Source of the DNA: Candidatus Methanomethylicus oleisabuli
GTDB lineage: Archaea > Thermoproteota > Methanomethylicia > Methanomethylicales > Methanomethylicaceae
Assembly: GCA_001717025.1 (NCBI GenBank)
Contig: MAGU01000068.1
Span: 307 to 64,306, forward strand
Direction of reading: 5' to 3'
DNA: 64,000 nucleotides
Shown: positions 10,342 to 20,748 of the stretch, piece by piece
Numbering within the stretch: position 1 is the stretch's first letter
Layout of the letters: each line of letters starts with the position of its first letter
Program-made: the position numbers and the translations under genes
The notes under the pieces: model-generated
Seen by the model: only the letters and a program-made list of their open reading frames with translations
Told to the model about the DNA's origin: nothing
Database searches by the model: none

Positions 10342-13053
10342 GTGTTTCAAATGTCAAACAGAACAATATCGCTAGAGGTTGCTGAACTCAACCCCTATTA
10401 TGCCCATAGGGGGCTCGCGTTCATCAACCCGCGGGTCATGCAGAGGCTTGGTCTATCTCCTGGCGATTTCATCAAGATCACAGGCAAGCGGCAGACTGTT
10501 GCAAAGGTCTGGTCAATGGACGACGACTATGAAAATGAGGATATGATAGGGATAGACGGTGTCATACGCTACAACGCGCAGACATCTATACAAGACACGG
10601 TTACCGTCTCAAAGGTAGACCCTAAACCCGCGTCGAAGATCGTGCTCTCGCCAGCAGAGCCTATGGCAATAAGCCCTGCAATGGCATCATATATCGGAGA
10701 AAAGATCGTGGACTATGCCTTCTGTTCCAACGACCTCGTATCCGTGCCGCAGCTCACCAGCGTGCTGCTCTTCAGGGTGGCTTCTGTTAGCCCCTCGTCT
10801 CCAGCCTTGGTGGTTGAGGAAACTAAGGTAGAAGTTAAGGAGGTGGAGGAAAAGGCGCCAGAAGCCAAGACCGCCGGTAGGGCCACTGGTGTAACCTACG
10901 AGGATATCGGTGGCTTGGGCGACGCCAAGGAGAAGATCCGCGAGATGATAGAGCTTCCGATGAAGCATCCTGAGCTCTTCAAGCGTCTTGGAATCGAGCC
11001 TCCGAAGGGAGTTCTGCTTCACGGTCCGCCAGGCACCGGCAAGACCCTCCTAGCAAAGGCTGTAGCAAATGAGTCTGGCGCAAACTTCGTCACGATCAAC
11101 GGGCCCGAGGTGATAAGCAAGTACTACGGCGAGTCCGAGGGCAAGCTGAGAGAGATCTTCGAGCAGGCGGAGAAGAACGCCCCTACTATAATATTCATAG
11201 ACGAGATCGACTCGCTAGCACCCAAACGCGAGGACATATCCGGCGAGGTGGAGCGCCGCGTTGTGGCGCAGCTCCTCACTCTTATGGACGGTCTTAAGGC
11301 ACGCGGGCAGGTTATCGTCATAGCGGCTACCAACCGTCCAGACGATGTGGACCTGGCGCTGCGCAGGCCAGGTCGCTTCGACCGCGAGATCCAGATTGCG
11401 ATACCTGATAAAAAGGGCAGGCTGGAGATCCTGCAGATACACACGCGCAATATGCCACTTACCCGCAACATCAACATAAGGCGGCTCATCGAGTCTGCAA
11501 AGAGCAGTGGCGGCAAGGCAAGCCAAACCATTGAAGGAGCAATGGACGGCGCCCTCCTCAGGGAACTATCCGATTACCTTGAACTGATCACCTCCTACGA
11601 CGTTAAACAGCTCGATACCTATGAGAAGATCATCCAGCTGGCCAAGCAGGACGCGATGCACAAGATCGACTTCGCAGGAGGCGTCGATAAGAGCAGGATC
11701 GCGAGCATAGCCAAGGAGATACCCCCCTCATCAATCTCCGATTTGAGGTATGCCTTAGAAAAGGCAAGTGGCGTAAGGCACCTGGTAGGGGTTACGGACG
11801 TTGCATCCTTCTCAAGGCGCTTGGACCAGGAATCCGCATCCACGATCGAGCTTGCGCTGGGCATAGGCAGGATCCCCTGCATAGACCGGATCGTCGACCT
11901 CGAGGCTGCATACTTGTCGGAGGGTGATGCCGAAGCCGATAACTCGAAGCTGCCGCTGTCGCAGATCGTGATGATGTCAAAGAACCTGGACCCCGAAAAG
12001 AGCGTGGACCTCGGGGAGTTGGCATCGCTTACTAATGGCTTCAGCGGCGCCGACCTTGCAGCGCTGTGCCGTGAGGCCGCAATGAAAGCCCTCAGGCGAT
12101 TTGTGCCAGGCATGAACCTCAACGAGGAGATCCCTGCCACTCTGCTTGCGTCGCTCAAGGTCTCTAAGAACGACTTCATGGACGCCCTCAAAGAGATAAC
12201 CCCCTCTGCGCTGAGGGAGGTCTACGTCGAGGTCCCGGAGGTGCACTGGAACGACATCGGTGGGCTGGACGACGTCAAGAGGCAGCTGAAAGAGATGGTT
12301 GAGTGGCCGATGAAGCAGCCCGAGCTCTTCGAACAGATGGGGATTCTCCCTCCAAAAGGAATCCTCCTCTACGGTCCGCCAGGCACCGGCAAGACCCTCC
12401 TAGCAAAGGCAGTGGCCACCGAGAGCTCTGCCAACTTCATAAGCGTCAAGGGTCCTGAGGTGCTAAGCAAATGGGTTGGGGAGTCTGAGAAGGCTGTGAG
12501 AGAGATCTTCAAGAAAGCAAGGCAGACCGCTCCGTGCATCGTCTTCTTCGATGAGATAGATTCGATAGCGCCACAGCGCGGAAACAGCAGCAGCGACTCC
12601 GGCGTCACAGAGCGCATGGTAAACCAGCTCCTCTCTGAGATGGACGGTCTAGTCTCTCTGAAGAGTGTAGTCGTTATTGCCGCTACCAACAGGCCAGACA
12701 TAGTTGACACAGCCCTGTTGCGCCCAGGCAGGTTCGACAGGAGCGTTTACATACCGTTGCCTGACAAAGCTGCTCGGCGGGAGATCTTCAGGGTTCACAC
12801 GCGCAAAATGCCAATTGCAAAGGACGTCGACTTTGGTCTGCTAGCAGAGAAGACCGAAGGCTACACCGGCGCCGACATAGAAGCCATATGCCGCGAGGCA
12901 GCGCTGGTAGCGCTGCGTGAGGAGATGCGCAAAAAGGACGTGACGATGAAGCACTTCGAAGCAGCCATGAAGTCCATAACTCCGAGCGTATCCGATGCTG
13001 ATCTGCGGCAGTATGACGTCATGAAGAAGACCCTCGGCAAGATGATCTCCTGA
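10342..13053 (+). CDS. cdc48: CDC48/VAT AAA+ ATPase (two AAA domains) with an atypical insertion of about 175 aa in the D1 lid
   Basis: Two Walker A sites [14 protein letters not shown], second-region homology, and an N-domain. Insert lies between IHTRNMPL and [18 protein letters not shown], about nt 11464-12003. Confidence 0.85.
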   Translation: MFQMSNRTISLEVAELNPYYAHRGLAFINPRVMQRLGLSPGDFIKITGKRQTVAKVWSMDDDYENEDMIGIDGVIRYNAQTSIQDTVTVSKVDPKPASKIVLSPAEPMAISPAMASYIGEKIVDYAFCSNDLVSVPQLTSVLLFRVASVSPSSPALVVEETKVEVKEVEEKAPEAKTAGRATGVTYEDIGGLGDAKEKIREMIELPMKHPELFKRLGIEPPKGVLLHGPPGTGKTLLAKAVANESGANFVTINGPEVISKYYGESEGKLREIFEQAEKNAPTIIFIDEIDSLAPKREDISGEVERRVVAQLLTLMDGLKARGQVIVIAATNRPDDVDLALRRPGRFDREIQIAIPDKKGRLEILQIHTRNMPLTRNINIRRLIESAKSSGGKASQTIEGAMDGALLRELSDYLELITSYDVKQLDTYEKIIQLAKQDAMHKIDFAGGVDKSRIASIAKEIPPSSISDLRYALEKASGVRHLVGVTDVASFSRRLDQESASTIELALGIGRIPCIDRIVDLEAAYLSEGDAEADNSKLPLSQIVMMSKNLDPEKSVDLGELASLTNGFSGADLAALCREAAMKALRRFVPGMNLNEEIPATLLASLKVSKNDFMDALKEITPSALREVYVEVPEVHWNDIGGLDDVKRQLKEMVEWPMKQPELFEQMGILPPKGILLYGPPGTGKTLLAKAVATESSANFISVKGPEVLSKWVGESEKAVREIFKKARQTAPCIVFFDEIDSIAPQRGNSSSDSGVTERMVNQLLSEMDGLVSLKSVVVIAATNRPDIVDTALLRPGRFDRSVYIPLPDKAARREIFRVHTRKMPIAKDVDFGLLAEKTEGYTGADIEAICREAALVALREEMRKKDVTMKHFEAAMKSITPSVSDADLRQYDVMKKTLGKMIS

Positions 13054-13061
13054 GACGCGTG

Positions 13062-13090
13062 TGAGGGGATGGCCCCGTGAGGGGCCTTCA
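13062..13090. terminator. Bidirectional hairpin plus T7 tract between convergent cdc48 and cimA
   Basis: GGCCCC-GTGA-GGGGCC stem-loop followed by TTCATTTTTTT. Confidence 0.45.
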
Positions 13091-13095
13091 TTTTT

Positions 13096-14640
13096 TTAAT
13101 CCCTGCGCCTCTTAGCGTAGATTCTGTTTATGCTCTCCATTATGGCGTTCACTGATGCCATTACTATGTCCCCACCGACTGCCATTCCTGATGCCGTTTT
13201 GCCGTCGTCGTCCTCGACCTCGACCTCGACCGTGCAGAGCGAATCCGTCCCTCCCGATATCGCCTCGAGCTTGTAGTTGAGGAGCTTGATCTCCTCGCCA
13301 AGCGCAGACTGTATTGCCTTGGAAAGCGCGTCCACTGGTCCAGTCCCAACGCCCGCGGCTACCTTCCTCGCACTGTTCGCCATCAACTGAACGGACGCCG
13401 TCGGTGTTATCTTGTCTCCTGTAACTACGAGGATCTCGTTCAGCTTGACGAGCCTCTCCGCGTCGGGCATGCTGCCCAGAACGCTCTCGACAATAGTCGT
13501 TACGTCGTCTTCAGTTATCTTCTTCTTGTTGATCGTGTGGCTCCTTACTTTCTCCACGACCTCTGCTATCTGTTCATCGCTCATGTTGTACTTCTCTTTA
13601 ATGAAATTCGATACTGCGTGCTTGCCTGTATGCTTGCCCATCACGATCCTTCTCTTCTGACCGACCATCTCAGGGGTTAACGGCTCATAACTCTCTGCCT
13701 TGGCAAGAACTCCATGGACATGGATCCCCGCCTCGTGGGCAAAGGCATTGTCGCCTACTATCGGGTAGTTCGGCGTAAGCCTGATCATGCTCGCCCTCTC
13801 GACGAGTTTCGACGCTTCTTTGAGCATGTTCAGCTTTATGCCCGTCTTTACTCCATACATCGCCTCCATGGCAGTCACTGCCTGCTCAAGGCTCGCATTG
13901 CCCGCCCTCTCTCCCAGCCCGTTAACCGTGACGTGTATCTGGGATGCCCCTGCTTTGATGCCTGCCAGTGTGTTGGCCACCGCCATTCCGAAGTCGTTAT
14001 GACAATGTATCGAGACCGGTTTCTTGAGACTGATGCAGAGCTCGCTTATGAATGACTGCATCGCTTCCGGCTCCATTACGCCGACCGTGTCAGGCACGTT
14101 GTTAATATCCGCGCCATGCGCATCAACGCTGCTGTAAAACTTGACGAGCCTCTCCAATGGGGTCCTTGTCGCGTCTTCGCATGAGAACTCACACTCGAGT
14201 CCATGCGCCTTGACGTAGTCCGTCGCTGCGACCGCCTGCCTCAATGCATGCTCCTCATCCATCCTGAGCTTGTATTTGAGGTGCACGTCTGATGTTGCAA
14301 TAAATATGTGCACCCTGTCGACATCTGCCTTGATGCACGCATCCACATCTCCGGTTACGCACCTGGCGAGACCGCATATCTTAGCCCGGAGTCCCAACCC
14401 CTTGATCATCCTTATGGTATCTATCTCCTCTTCCGAATTCACGGGGAATCCTGCCTCGATGACATCTACGCCAATGTCATCCAGCTTCCTTGCTATCTCG
14501 AGCTTCTCATCGAGCGTAAAGCAGACTCCTGGAGTCTGTTCCCCGTCCCGTAGCGTGGTGTCAAAAACGCGCACTCTGTCGCTGAATTTAGCTCTCTTAC
14601 GGACAGGCTCTATCATGTCGCTCACGAACACACCTTCCAT
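13096..14640 (-). CDS. 2-isopropylmalate synthase / (R)-citramalate synthase family
   Basis: VRVFDTTLRDGEQ motif, HMGL-like TIM barrel, and C-terminal LeuA dimerisation/regulatory domain. Confidence 0.8.
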   Translation of the reverse strand: MEGVFVSDMIEPVRKRAKFSDRVRVFDTTLRDGEQTPGVCFTLDEKLEIARKLDDIGVDVIEAGFPVNSEEEIDTIRMIKGLGLRAKICGLARCVTGDVDACIKADVDRVHIFIATSDVHLKYKLRMDEEHALRQAVAATDYVKAHGLECEFSCEDATRTPLERLVKFYSSVDAHGADINNVPDTVGVMEPEAMQSFISELCISLKKPVSIHCHNDFGMAVANTLAGIKAGASQIHVTVNGLGERAGNASLEQAVTAMEAMYGVKTGIKLNMLKEASKLVERASMIRLTPNYPIVGDNAFAHEAGIHVHGVLAKAESYEPLTPEMVGQKRRIVMGKHTGKHAVSNFIKEKYNMSDEQIAEVVEKVRSHTINKKKITEDDVTTIVESVLGSMPDAERLVKLNEILVVTGDKITPTASVQLMANSARKVAAGVGTGPVDALSKAIQSALGEEIKLLNYKLEAISGGTDSLCTVEVEVEDDDGKTASGMAVGGDIVMASVNAIMESINRIYAKRRRD

Positions 14641-14788
14641 GCTATAACACCATCGCACTAGATAGAAGAATGCGTTTTTGTATATAAACTATGGGCTAAC
14701 GTCGGCTCGGTCTATAATTCTTTAGATGCGAAGTCTTTCTTTATCGGCAGAGGCTCCTCCGTTAAGATTAAATGTTTAGACGTGCATA

Positions 14789-15196
14789 ATGATATGGTGT
14801 TTCTTCTTGTCCAAGGAGACAAATGAACTTACAGGCAAATTCAGCAAGAAGATGGGCTTTGCGCCCGAGATTATGCACGTCGCGGTACAACTTGATCCAA
14901 AGATGGCAGAGTTCTACAACTTCTGCGACTCTACCATTCAAAATGACGGGGCACTCCCTTCTAAGACAAAGATGCTGATCATAATGGCTATGGGCGCGCA
15001 GCGTCACTGCAAGGAGTGCGTCGTCTCAGCAATGCGCGGTGCTTATAACAAGGGGGCGTCAGAGCAGGAGATACTCGAGGCAATCAGGGCTGTGGCGGTG
15101 GCCGGTGGCGCCCCAGCGATTACTGCCTGCAAGGACGCTCTCGTAATGCTCAGGGATAAGGACTTCGCCAAAGCCGGCTGCGGTCACAAAGGCTAA
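14789..15196 (+). CDS. Carboxymuconolactone decarboxylase (AhpD-like) family protein
   Basis: CxxC-containing CMD core (HCKECVVSA). The start may be the internal Met at 14852. Confidence 0.6.
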   Translation: MIWCFFLSKETNELTGKFSKKMGFAPEIMHVAVQLDPKMAEFYNFCDSTIQNDGALPSKTKMLIIMAMGAQRHCKECVVSAMRGAYNKGASEQEILEAIRAVAVAGGAPAITACKDALVMLRDKDFAKAGCGHKG

Positions 15197-15267
15197 CTAA
15201 TTAATATAGCCCATATCGCGGCTTGAAGTTTGGCGCCGACTCTGATGGGCACATCAACCTTTTTACC

Positions 15268-15822
15268 TCACTCCTCGTACAGCACTCCCAAATCTTTAAG
15301 CTTCAGATGAATCTTATCGACGGCAACCTTAACCTCGTCCTCATGTTTTGCTCCCGTGCATACCATCTTCCCTGACGAGAATATCAGCAGTACTACTTTA
15401 GGCTCGGCCATCCTGTATATGAGCCCCGGGAACTGCTCCGGCTCGTACATGACGTTCTCCAACAGGAACGCCGCCTTCTCGAGGTTCACCTCTGCGTTAA
15501 GGTTTGCAGAAGCGACGATGTTCTGGATCTTGATCTCGGGCGTTCCGATTATGACTATGTTCCTGTCCTTCAGGTTCTTGATGATCTTCCTAACCGCGTT
15601 ATGTACTTCCTTCTCCGACTTGGCTCCCGTGCATACCATCTTCCCTGACGAGAATATCAATGTTGCCGTGCGTGGCTTAGCCAGCCTGTAGACAAGCCCG
15701 GGGAACTGCTCGGGGTTATATTCAACCCCCGGCACGTTGCCCGAGATGGCGTCAAGATCGATGCTCTGATTCATAGTCACGGAAGCAACAACATTTTCAA
15801 TTCTAACTGACGGCTTAGCCAT
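15268..15822 (-). CDS. tbp: TATA-box binding protein
   Basis: Two TBP repeats ([10 protein letters not shown]...[14 protein letters not shown] / [10 protein letters not shown]...[14 protein letters not shown]) and an acidic C-terminal tail. Start [11 protein letters not shown]. Confidence 0.9.
   Translation of the reverse strand: MAKPSVRIENVVASVTMNQSIDLDAISGNVPGVEYNPEQFPGLVYRLAKPRTATLIFSSGKMVCTGAKSEKEVHNAVRKIIKNLKDRNIVIIGTPEIKIQNIVASANLNAEVNLEKAAFLLENVMYEPEQFPGLIYRMAEPKVVLLIFSSGKMVCTGAKHEDEVKVAVDKIHLKLKDLGVLYEE
15339..15376. repeat. 38-nt segment identical to 15618-15655 (the two TBP repeats are near-identical at nucleotide level)
   Basis: ggctcccgtgcataccatcttccctgacgagaatatca occurs twice inside tbp. 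Confidence 0.6.
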
Positions 15823-15874
15823 ATCATATGCGCCCCAAGAAAACTGCATCCAGAATAAACGGTTTTAAGGGTCT

Positions 15875-16507
15875 TTATAAAGCTTTTTTGTTTTCTGAAT
15901 ATTTTTCCTCAATTTTGTTATTTTCATTTTTTCCTCCAATCGGAATAATTATCAAAACTATAAGTATTAAAACAACTCCCGCGATAACGATTGGGTTCTT
16001 GAACCACAGGAATGGCCATCCCGCATATGGTATGAAGAAGGCTACCTTCCCGATTATCCTCGTCTCCGGGACCCACGAGCCTGGAACCTTTGGGTCTTGG
16101 TCGGGGAAGGGATTGTTATCCCCCTTTGTGAGAAAATAATATGTTCCATTTATTTCGGTCTTCATTATTGCTCTGTGGATGATTGGTGTTGGGTAGTATA
16201 CCGTAAAGAAGAAGTAGTCTGATACCGACTCATCCTCATGGTATGGCCTGTAGATGACAACGTCCCCTGCCGGCTCGGCGCCTGCGATTATGTCTTCCCC
16301 ACTCGCATATTGGACGAAGATCAGCGAACCTGTCGGTATGTTGGGCTCCATGCTCCCTGACTGGACGGCTGCAAAGGGGAAGTTGGTGCCTGAGGCCGCC
16401 CTGCTTATGGCAGTCGAGCATACGATGACTGCCATTACCGCGACCAGTGCGATGATTGTCCCCTTCGCCTTCATCAGCTTTTGTAGTGTTGCCATTGAGC
16501 AGCTCAC
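15875..16507 (-). CDS. Signal peptidase I (archaeal Sec11-type)
   Basis: Catalytic SGSMEP motif, N-terminal TM segment and C-terminal TM segment. 4-nt overlap with porB. Confidence 0.75.
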   Translation of the reverse strand: MSCSMATLQKLMKAKGTIIALVAVMAVIVCSTAISRAASGTNFPFAAVQSGSMEPNIPTGSLIFVQYASGEDIIAGAEPAGDVVIYRPYHEDESVSDYFFFTVYYPTPIIHRAIMKTEINGTYYFLTKGDNNPFPDQDPKVPGSWVPETRIIGKVAFFIPYAGWPFLWFKNPIVIAGVVLILIVLIIIPIGGKNENNKIEEKYSENKKAL

Positions 16508-17421
16508 TGCCTGAGCGGGCCAAAGCCGAATTTCGCCGCCGTCGCGTCCACCTTTTCCTGCATCTTTGCAACGTCCTCATCCTTCAAATGCCTGAACCTG
16601 CCCTGCGTCTGCAGGTACTTCTTAACGGGCTCCCTCCGGGGCACCTGAACCGTAAGCCTCATCTTGCCATCTACTACCTCATATAACGGCCAGAGCCCCG
16701 TCAGAACTGCTAGCTTTCCCATCTCGATGCCAGCATTGACGTCAAAACGCCACCCCGTTGGGCACGGCGTAAGGACGTGCAGAAACGCCGGCCCATTCAC
16801 ATCAAGCGCCCTTCTTGTCTTATTCATTAGGTCGTACGGGTATGACGGACAGGCAGTCGCTGCGTACTGTATGCCGTGGGCAACTGCTATTGCCATCATA
16901 TCCTTCTTCTCTCTATTCTGACCAGGTGACAGCTTGCCAGGCGGCGTCGTCGTCGTGGCTGCGGCGTAAGGCGTTGCCGAGCTCCTCTGAACCCCTGTAT
17001 TCATATACGCTTCGTTGTCATAGCAGACATAAACGAAGTCCTCTCCCCTCTCAAAGGCGCCACTCAATGCCTGGATGCCTATGTCGAAGGTGCCTCCATC
17101 GCCTCCAAGCGCAATTATGTTGACCTTCTCGTCAGTCTTCTTCTTCCGGAAGAGCGCCGCCATCCCGTGCTGTATTCCGGACGCGACCGATGCGGCGTTC
17201 TCGAAAGCTACATGTGTCCATGGGACCCTCCAAGCACTCTGCGGGAAGTATGATGTAGCAACCTCGACGCAGCCTGTCGACGAAACCACCACCGTGTTCT
17301 TCCCCGCGGCCTTGAGGATCTGCCTTATCGTCGTGCCTACCGTGCAGCCAGCGCAGAGCCTGTGTCCCGGAGCCAGCAACTCCTCCTTCGGTAAGTCCTT
17401 TAAGGTCCTAAAAGCAACGCT
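16504..17421 (-). CDS. porB: 2-oxoacid (pyruvate):ferredoxin oxidoreductase beta subunit (TPP-binding)
   Basis: CAGCTVGT and GDGG TPP motifs. Start probably the internal Met giving an ATGA overlap with porA. Confidence 0.85.
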   Translation of the reverse strand, partial: SVAFRTLKDLPKEELLAPGHRLCAGCTVGTTIRQILKAAGKNTVVVSSTGCVEVATSYFPQSAWRVPWTHVAFENAASVASGIQHGMAALFRKKKTDEKVNIIALGGDGGTFDIGIQALSGAFERGEDFVYVCYDNEAYMNTGVQRSSATPYAAATTTTPPGKLSPGQNREKKDMMAIAVAHGIQYAATACPSYPYDLMNKTRRALDVNGPAFLHVLTPCPTGWRFDVNAGIEMGKLAVLTGLWPLYEVVDGKMRLTVQVPRREPVKKYLQTQGRFRHLKDEDVAKMQEKVDATAAKFGFGPLRQ

Positions 17422-18587
17422 CATTCTCTCAACCCCACATACATGCATGGCTTTGGCGACTTCGTGTCTGCGGCATCCATAGTCGCCTTAAACATCGTCC
17501 TGAAGTTCTCGAGCGAGATGTCCCTCCCTCCAAGTCCGCTAACAAAACCCTGCAGAACCGGTCTCTCCTTAAGCCCATAAAGGCATGTTGCGACGTCGCA
17601 GAACAGAGGATTCGATGGACCGCCAGGAGTGCTTGACCTGTCCATTACCCCGAGCCCCTTGAGCCCACTTACCTTCTGCCTAAAAATCTCTACCGGGAAT
17701 GGCCTGAACGTCCTTATCGATATCACCCCTGCCTTGATCCCTTTCCTCCTCCACTCCTCTGCTACAACTCTAGCAGAGCCTGTCATTGATCCCATGGTGA
17801 GCAGAGCATACTCTGCGTCGTCCATCCCATATGTACCGATGTCATCATAGCTTCTCTCGAAGCTGCGATTGAATTCGGTAGTGATTTTGCTTATGGTGCT
17901 GCGGCTCCTCTCGATCGCATCTATGGCTTGGTACTTCATCTCAAAGTAGTACTCCGGAGGACCTACGACTCCGACGCTGAATGACGTCTTCGGCGAGAGC
18001 CTGTTCACGAGCGGCTTGGATGGTATATACTTCCTTACGGTCTCTTCCTCTATCAACTCGACCGGCTCGTAGGTATGGCTCAGAATATACCCGTCAAGAT
18101 TAACCATCACTGGTAATCGTGTCTCTTCTGTCATCTTGAATGCCATTAACGTCGTATCGTAAGCCTCTTGTGCAGACGATACCCAGAGCTGAATCCACCC
18201 CGAATCCCTCTCTGCCATCGCGTCGGCATGGTCGTTCCATATGTTTAGTGGTGCCGATAGCGCACGGTTAACGTTGGCCATGACCATTGGGGTCCTCAGG
18301 GCAGCGGCTATGAACAGCACCTCGTGCATGAATGCTAGCCCCTGCGACGAAGTCGCCGTGAAGACCCTTGCACCGGTCATCGAGGCACCTATGCACGCGC
18401 TCATTGCAGAGTGCTCCGATTCTACGTTTATGTAATCAGCATCAAGCTCGCCGTTCGCAACGAACTCCGAGAGCTTCTCCACTATGGTCGTCTGTGGTGT
18501 TATAGGATACGCAGCCACCACATCGACGTCCGCCATCTTGACGGCATGCGCGACAGCGTAGTTGCCGCTCAATCCAATCTTCTTCAT
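17421..18587 (-). CDS. porA: Pyruvate:ferredoxin oxidoreductase alpha subunit
   Basis: PorA domain architecture. Start MKKIGLSGNYAVAHA abuts the porD stop. Confidence 0.85.
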   Translation of the reverse strand: MKKIGLSGNYAVAHAVKMADVDVVAAYPITPQTTIVEKLSEFVANGELDADYINVESEHSAMSACIGASMTGARVFTATSSQGLAFMHEVLFIAAALRTPMVMANVNRALSAPLNIWNDHADAMAERDSGWIQLWVSSAQEAYDTTLMAFKMTEETRLPVMVNLDGYILSHTYEPVELIEEETVRKYIPSKPLVNRLSPKTSFSVGVVGPPEYYFEMKYQAIDAIERSRSTISKITTEFNRSFERSYDDIGTYGMDDAEYALLTMGSMTGSARVVAEEWRRKGIKAGVISIRTFRPFPVEIFRQKVSGLKGLGVMDRSSTPGGPSNPLFCDVATCLYGLKERPVLQGFVSGLGGRDISLENFRTMFKATMDAADTKSPKPCMYVGLRE

Positions 18588-18889
18588 TTTTCCTCCTCCT
18601 CCATCCTGATCGCCCTGACTGCGCATGCCTTATCACAGATGCCACATCCTTTGCAGTACATGAATTCTACCTCGTATCTGCCGTCAGGATTTACCTTTAT
18701 CGCGCCCTCTGGGCAGAATATCCAACATAGGCCGCACTTAGTACACTTGTTTTGGTCAATAATTGGCTTCGAAGTCCTCCAGGCGCTGGCGTCGAAGAGC
18801 ACTGAGCTGCCTGGCTCTGTTATGGTCCCTCCTTCAGGCAACTCCCTCCAGCCCTTCAGAGGAACCTTTTCGCACTTCATCTTACACAC
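18584..18889 (-). CDS. porD: Pyruvate:ferredoxin oxidoreductase delta subunit (2x[4Fe-4S] ferredoxin)
   Basis: CTKCGLCWIFCP...CKGCGICDKACAV motifs. Confidence 0.8.
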   Translation of the reverse strand: MCKMKCEKVPLKGWRELPEGGTITEPGSSVLFDASAWRTSKPIIDQNKCTKCGLCWIFCPEGAIKVNPDGRYEVEFMYCKGCGICDKACAVRAIRMEEEEK

Positions 18890-19439
18890 CCCTCTCCATA
18901 ATCGTTACCTCTTTGTACGCCCTTCTTGCCATATTCACGTTCTTATCCGCGTAAATCTTGAACCTCTCTTTGAATATATCGTCTAGCGTATCGATCTTTA
19001 CGATGCCAGTAACCTTCACCAGTGCACCAAGGATAGCCGTGTTTGTGATAGGCGACCCCAGCGTTTCAAGTGCTATCTTTGTGGCATTGACGGTTGCGAT
19101 CTTGCCTGCCTGTGGAAAAGTATCCACGAAGTTTGCTGGTGGATGGCTGGTGTTTAGAACGACCGTACCTCTACCCTTGAGACCATCGCCTACCCCTTCC
19201 ATTGTGCAGAGGTTCTTGTCCAGCACAACAATCACGTCAGGCTCGTAAATTTGTGAGCGAAGCAGTATCTCCGAATCGCTGATCCTGGTAAAAGCAAGGA
19301 CGGGGGCACCTCGCCTCTCAGGACCGAAAGCCGCAAAAGCCTGCGCATATCTGTTCTCCTTGATAACAGCAGTTGCAAGTATTTCGGCAGCCGTGACTGC
19401 ACCCTGACCGCCACGGCCATGCCATCGAATTTCTAGCAT
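18882..19439 (-). CDS. porG: Pyruvate:ferredoxin oxidoreductase gamma subunit
   Basis: Por gamma family (GRGGQG motif). First gene of the porGDAB operon. Confidence 0.8.
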   Translation of the reverse strand: MLEIRWHGRGGQGAVTAAEILATAVIKENRYAQAFAAFGPERRGAPVLAFTRISDSEILLRSQIYEPDVIVVLDKNLCTMEGVGDGLKGRGTVVLNTSHPPANFVDTFPQAGKIATVNATKIALETLGSPITNTAILGALVKVTGIVKIDTLDDIFKERFKIYADKNVNMARRAYKEVTIMERGV

Positions 19440-19454
19440 CCGATAACACCTTTT

Positions 19455-19500
19455 TTTGATATAGGGCTAAATGACCCTTATTATATAAAAACTTTAACCA
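19455..19500 (-). promoter_or_regulatory. Putative archaeal promoter (TATA/BRE) for the porGDAB-sipW-tbp transcription unit
   Basis: Minus-strand TTTTATATAATAAGG box about 25-40 nt upstream of the porG start. AT-rich intergenic region. Confidence 0.35.
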
Positions 19501-19612
19501 TTAGTTTCAAACCAAACATGATAAATCATCGAATTTAATGGGTCTGCAAAATGAGTTCGCTATGTCGGCATCTGCGTCATTATTAAATAGTGTTAGCCGC
19601 AATTAGCATCCA

Positions 19613-20047
19613 GTGGGTTCTATGGAAAATGCCGCTATGGTCGAGGTCAGCAATTGGCTAAACGAAGGTCGACCCTTCGAGGTAATGTTTGAATGTGGCG
19701 TAGCCGTAGTTGGAGAGGTTAAGAACATCGTTAAGATTGAACTGAAGAAGGGCGAGACTAAAGGTCTTGGGGTTGGTAGGAAGAAGGCCGGCAGGAAGGT
19801 TCCTAAGGAGCAGAAGGCTTTTATTCTGAGTGCTGCTGAGCGCCTACTCGCAGCAAAAGTTCCATTTAAGGTCACCTTCGGTCCAAAAGATAGTACCCTG
19901 AGGTTTGACCTAGATCGATACGTCCACATTTACCCGGACAGATGCTCTGTTGTCGGCTTCACTGATCTTGATGAACCCCCCATCGCCCTTATAAAGGAGC
20001 AACTTGCATCCATTCAAAACGTAAGATTGCTAACACCGCAGAGATGA
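19613..20047 (+). CDS. Hypothetical protein (basic K/R-rich central region)
   Basis: 144-aa ORF with coding-like composition and no recognisable domain. Confidence 0.4.
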   Translation: MGSMENAAMVEVSNWLNEGRPFEVMFECGVAVVGEVKNIVKIELKKGETKGLGVGRKKAGRKVPKEQKAFILSAAERLLAAKVPFKVTFGPKDSTLRFDLDRYVHIYPDRCSVVGFTDLDEPPIALIKEQLASIQNVRLLTPQR

Positions 20048-20235
20048 TTCGCATGAAACCCGTATCCGTTATCCTCTATTCGCTAGCGCTAATTCTCACC
20101 TTCTCCCCTGCATTCTGCTATTTGATCCTAAGCTCTTTCCTCTCCGTAGCGCAATTCACCGCTCAGGTAGCGAGCGTAGTCCCCATGATTGTCGGCATCG
20201 CTTTGCTGGTGTTTATAAAATATAAAAAACTCTGA
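20044..20235 (+). CDS. Small hydrophobic membrane protein (2 TM)
   Basis: ATGA coupling to the upstream ORF. Two predicted TM helices. Confidence 0.35.
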   Translation: MIRMKPVSVILYSLALILTFSPAFCYLILSSFLSVAQFTAQVASVVPMIVGIALLVFIKYKKL

Positions 20236-20244
20236 GCCGCTAAA

Positions 20245-20748
20245 CTAACGCCTGTATCCCTTCATAAGCCTGAGGTAAGCCGCCGAAGTCTCTTCAATTC
20301 TCATGATGTCGCTCGCATTAGCCATTCTGACTACCTTTGCTGGAACGCCCATTGCTACTGACCTGTCGGGTATATTCTTGCCTTCAAGAACGAGCGCCGA
20401 GGCACCAACCATCGAATTGCTGCCGACCACAGCGCCGGTGAGAACCACCGCTCCCATGGCAACGAGCGAGCAGTCTCCTATCCTGCAACCATGTATGATG
20501 CAGCCATGTGCTATCGTCGTGCCTCGGCCAATCACTGTTGGAAAACCGGGATCTGTATGAACGAGTGCCCCGTCCTGCACGCTTGCCCCATCTTTGATTG
20601 TAATCCTCTCGATGTCTCCTCTGAGCACTGCACCTGGCCAAATGTTGGCATTATCGCCGATTATGACGTCTCCAATAATCACTGCAGCCTCGTGGACAAA
20701 CGCCTCTCTGCTTATTGATGGTACTTTGCCATCAATCTCCTGTATCAC
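20245..20748 (-). CDS. Gamma-class carbonic anhydrase / hexapeptide-repeat (LbH) protein
   Basis: Left-handed beta-helix hexapeptide repeats and His ligands typical of the gamma-CA/PaaY family. Confidence 0.75.
   Translation of the reverse strand: MIQEIDGKVPSISREAFVHEAAVIIGDVIIGDNANIWPGAVLRGDIERITIKDGASVQDGALVHTDPGFPTVIGRGTTIAHGCIIHGCRIGDCSLVAMGAVVLTGAVVGSNSMVGASALVLEGKNIPDRSVAMGVPAKVVRMANASDIMRIEETSAAYLRLMKGYRR

Noticed and set aside
11464-12003. Possible intein in cdc48
   Set aside because: The insert lacks the intein terminal signatures (N-terminal Cys/Ser nucleophile block, C-terminal HN + Cys/Ser/Thr). I interpret it as a domain insertion instead.
14823-14975. 50-aa ORF with a perfect AAGGAGACAAATG start context inside the CMD-family gene
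   Set aside because: It is out of frame with the conserved CMD domain. It is short, Arg/Trp-rich, and ends after 50 codons. It is likely a fortuitous SD.
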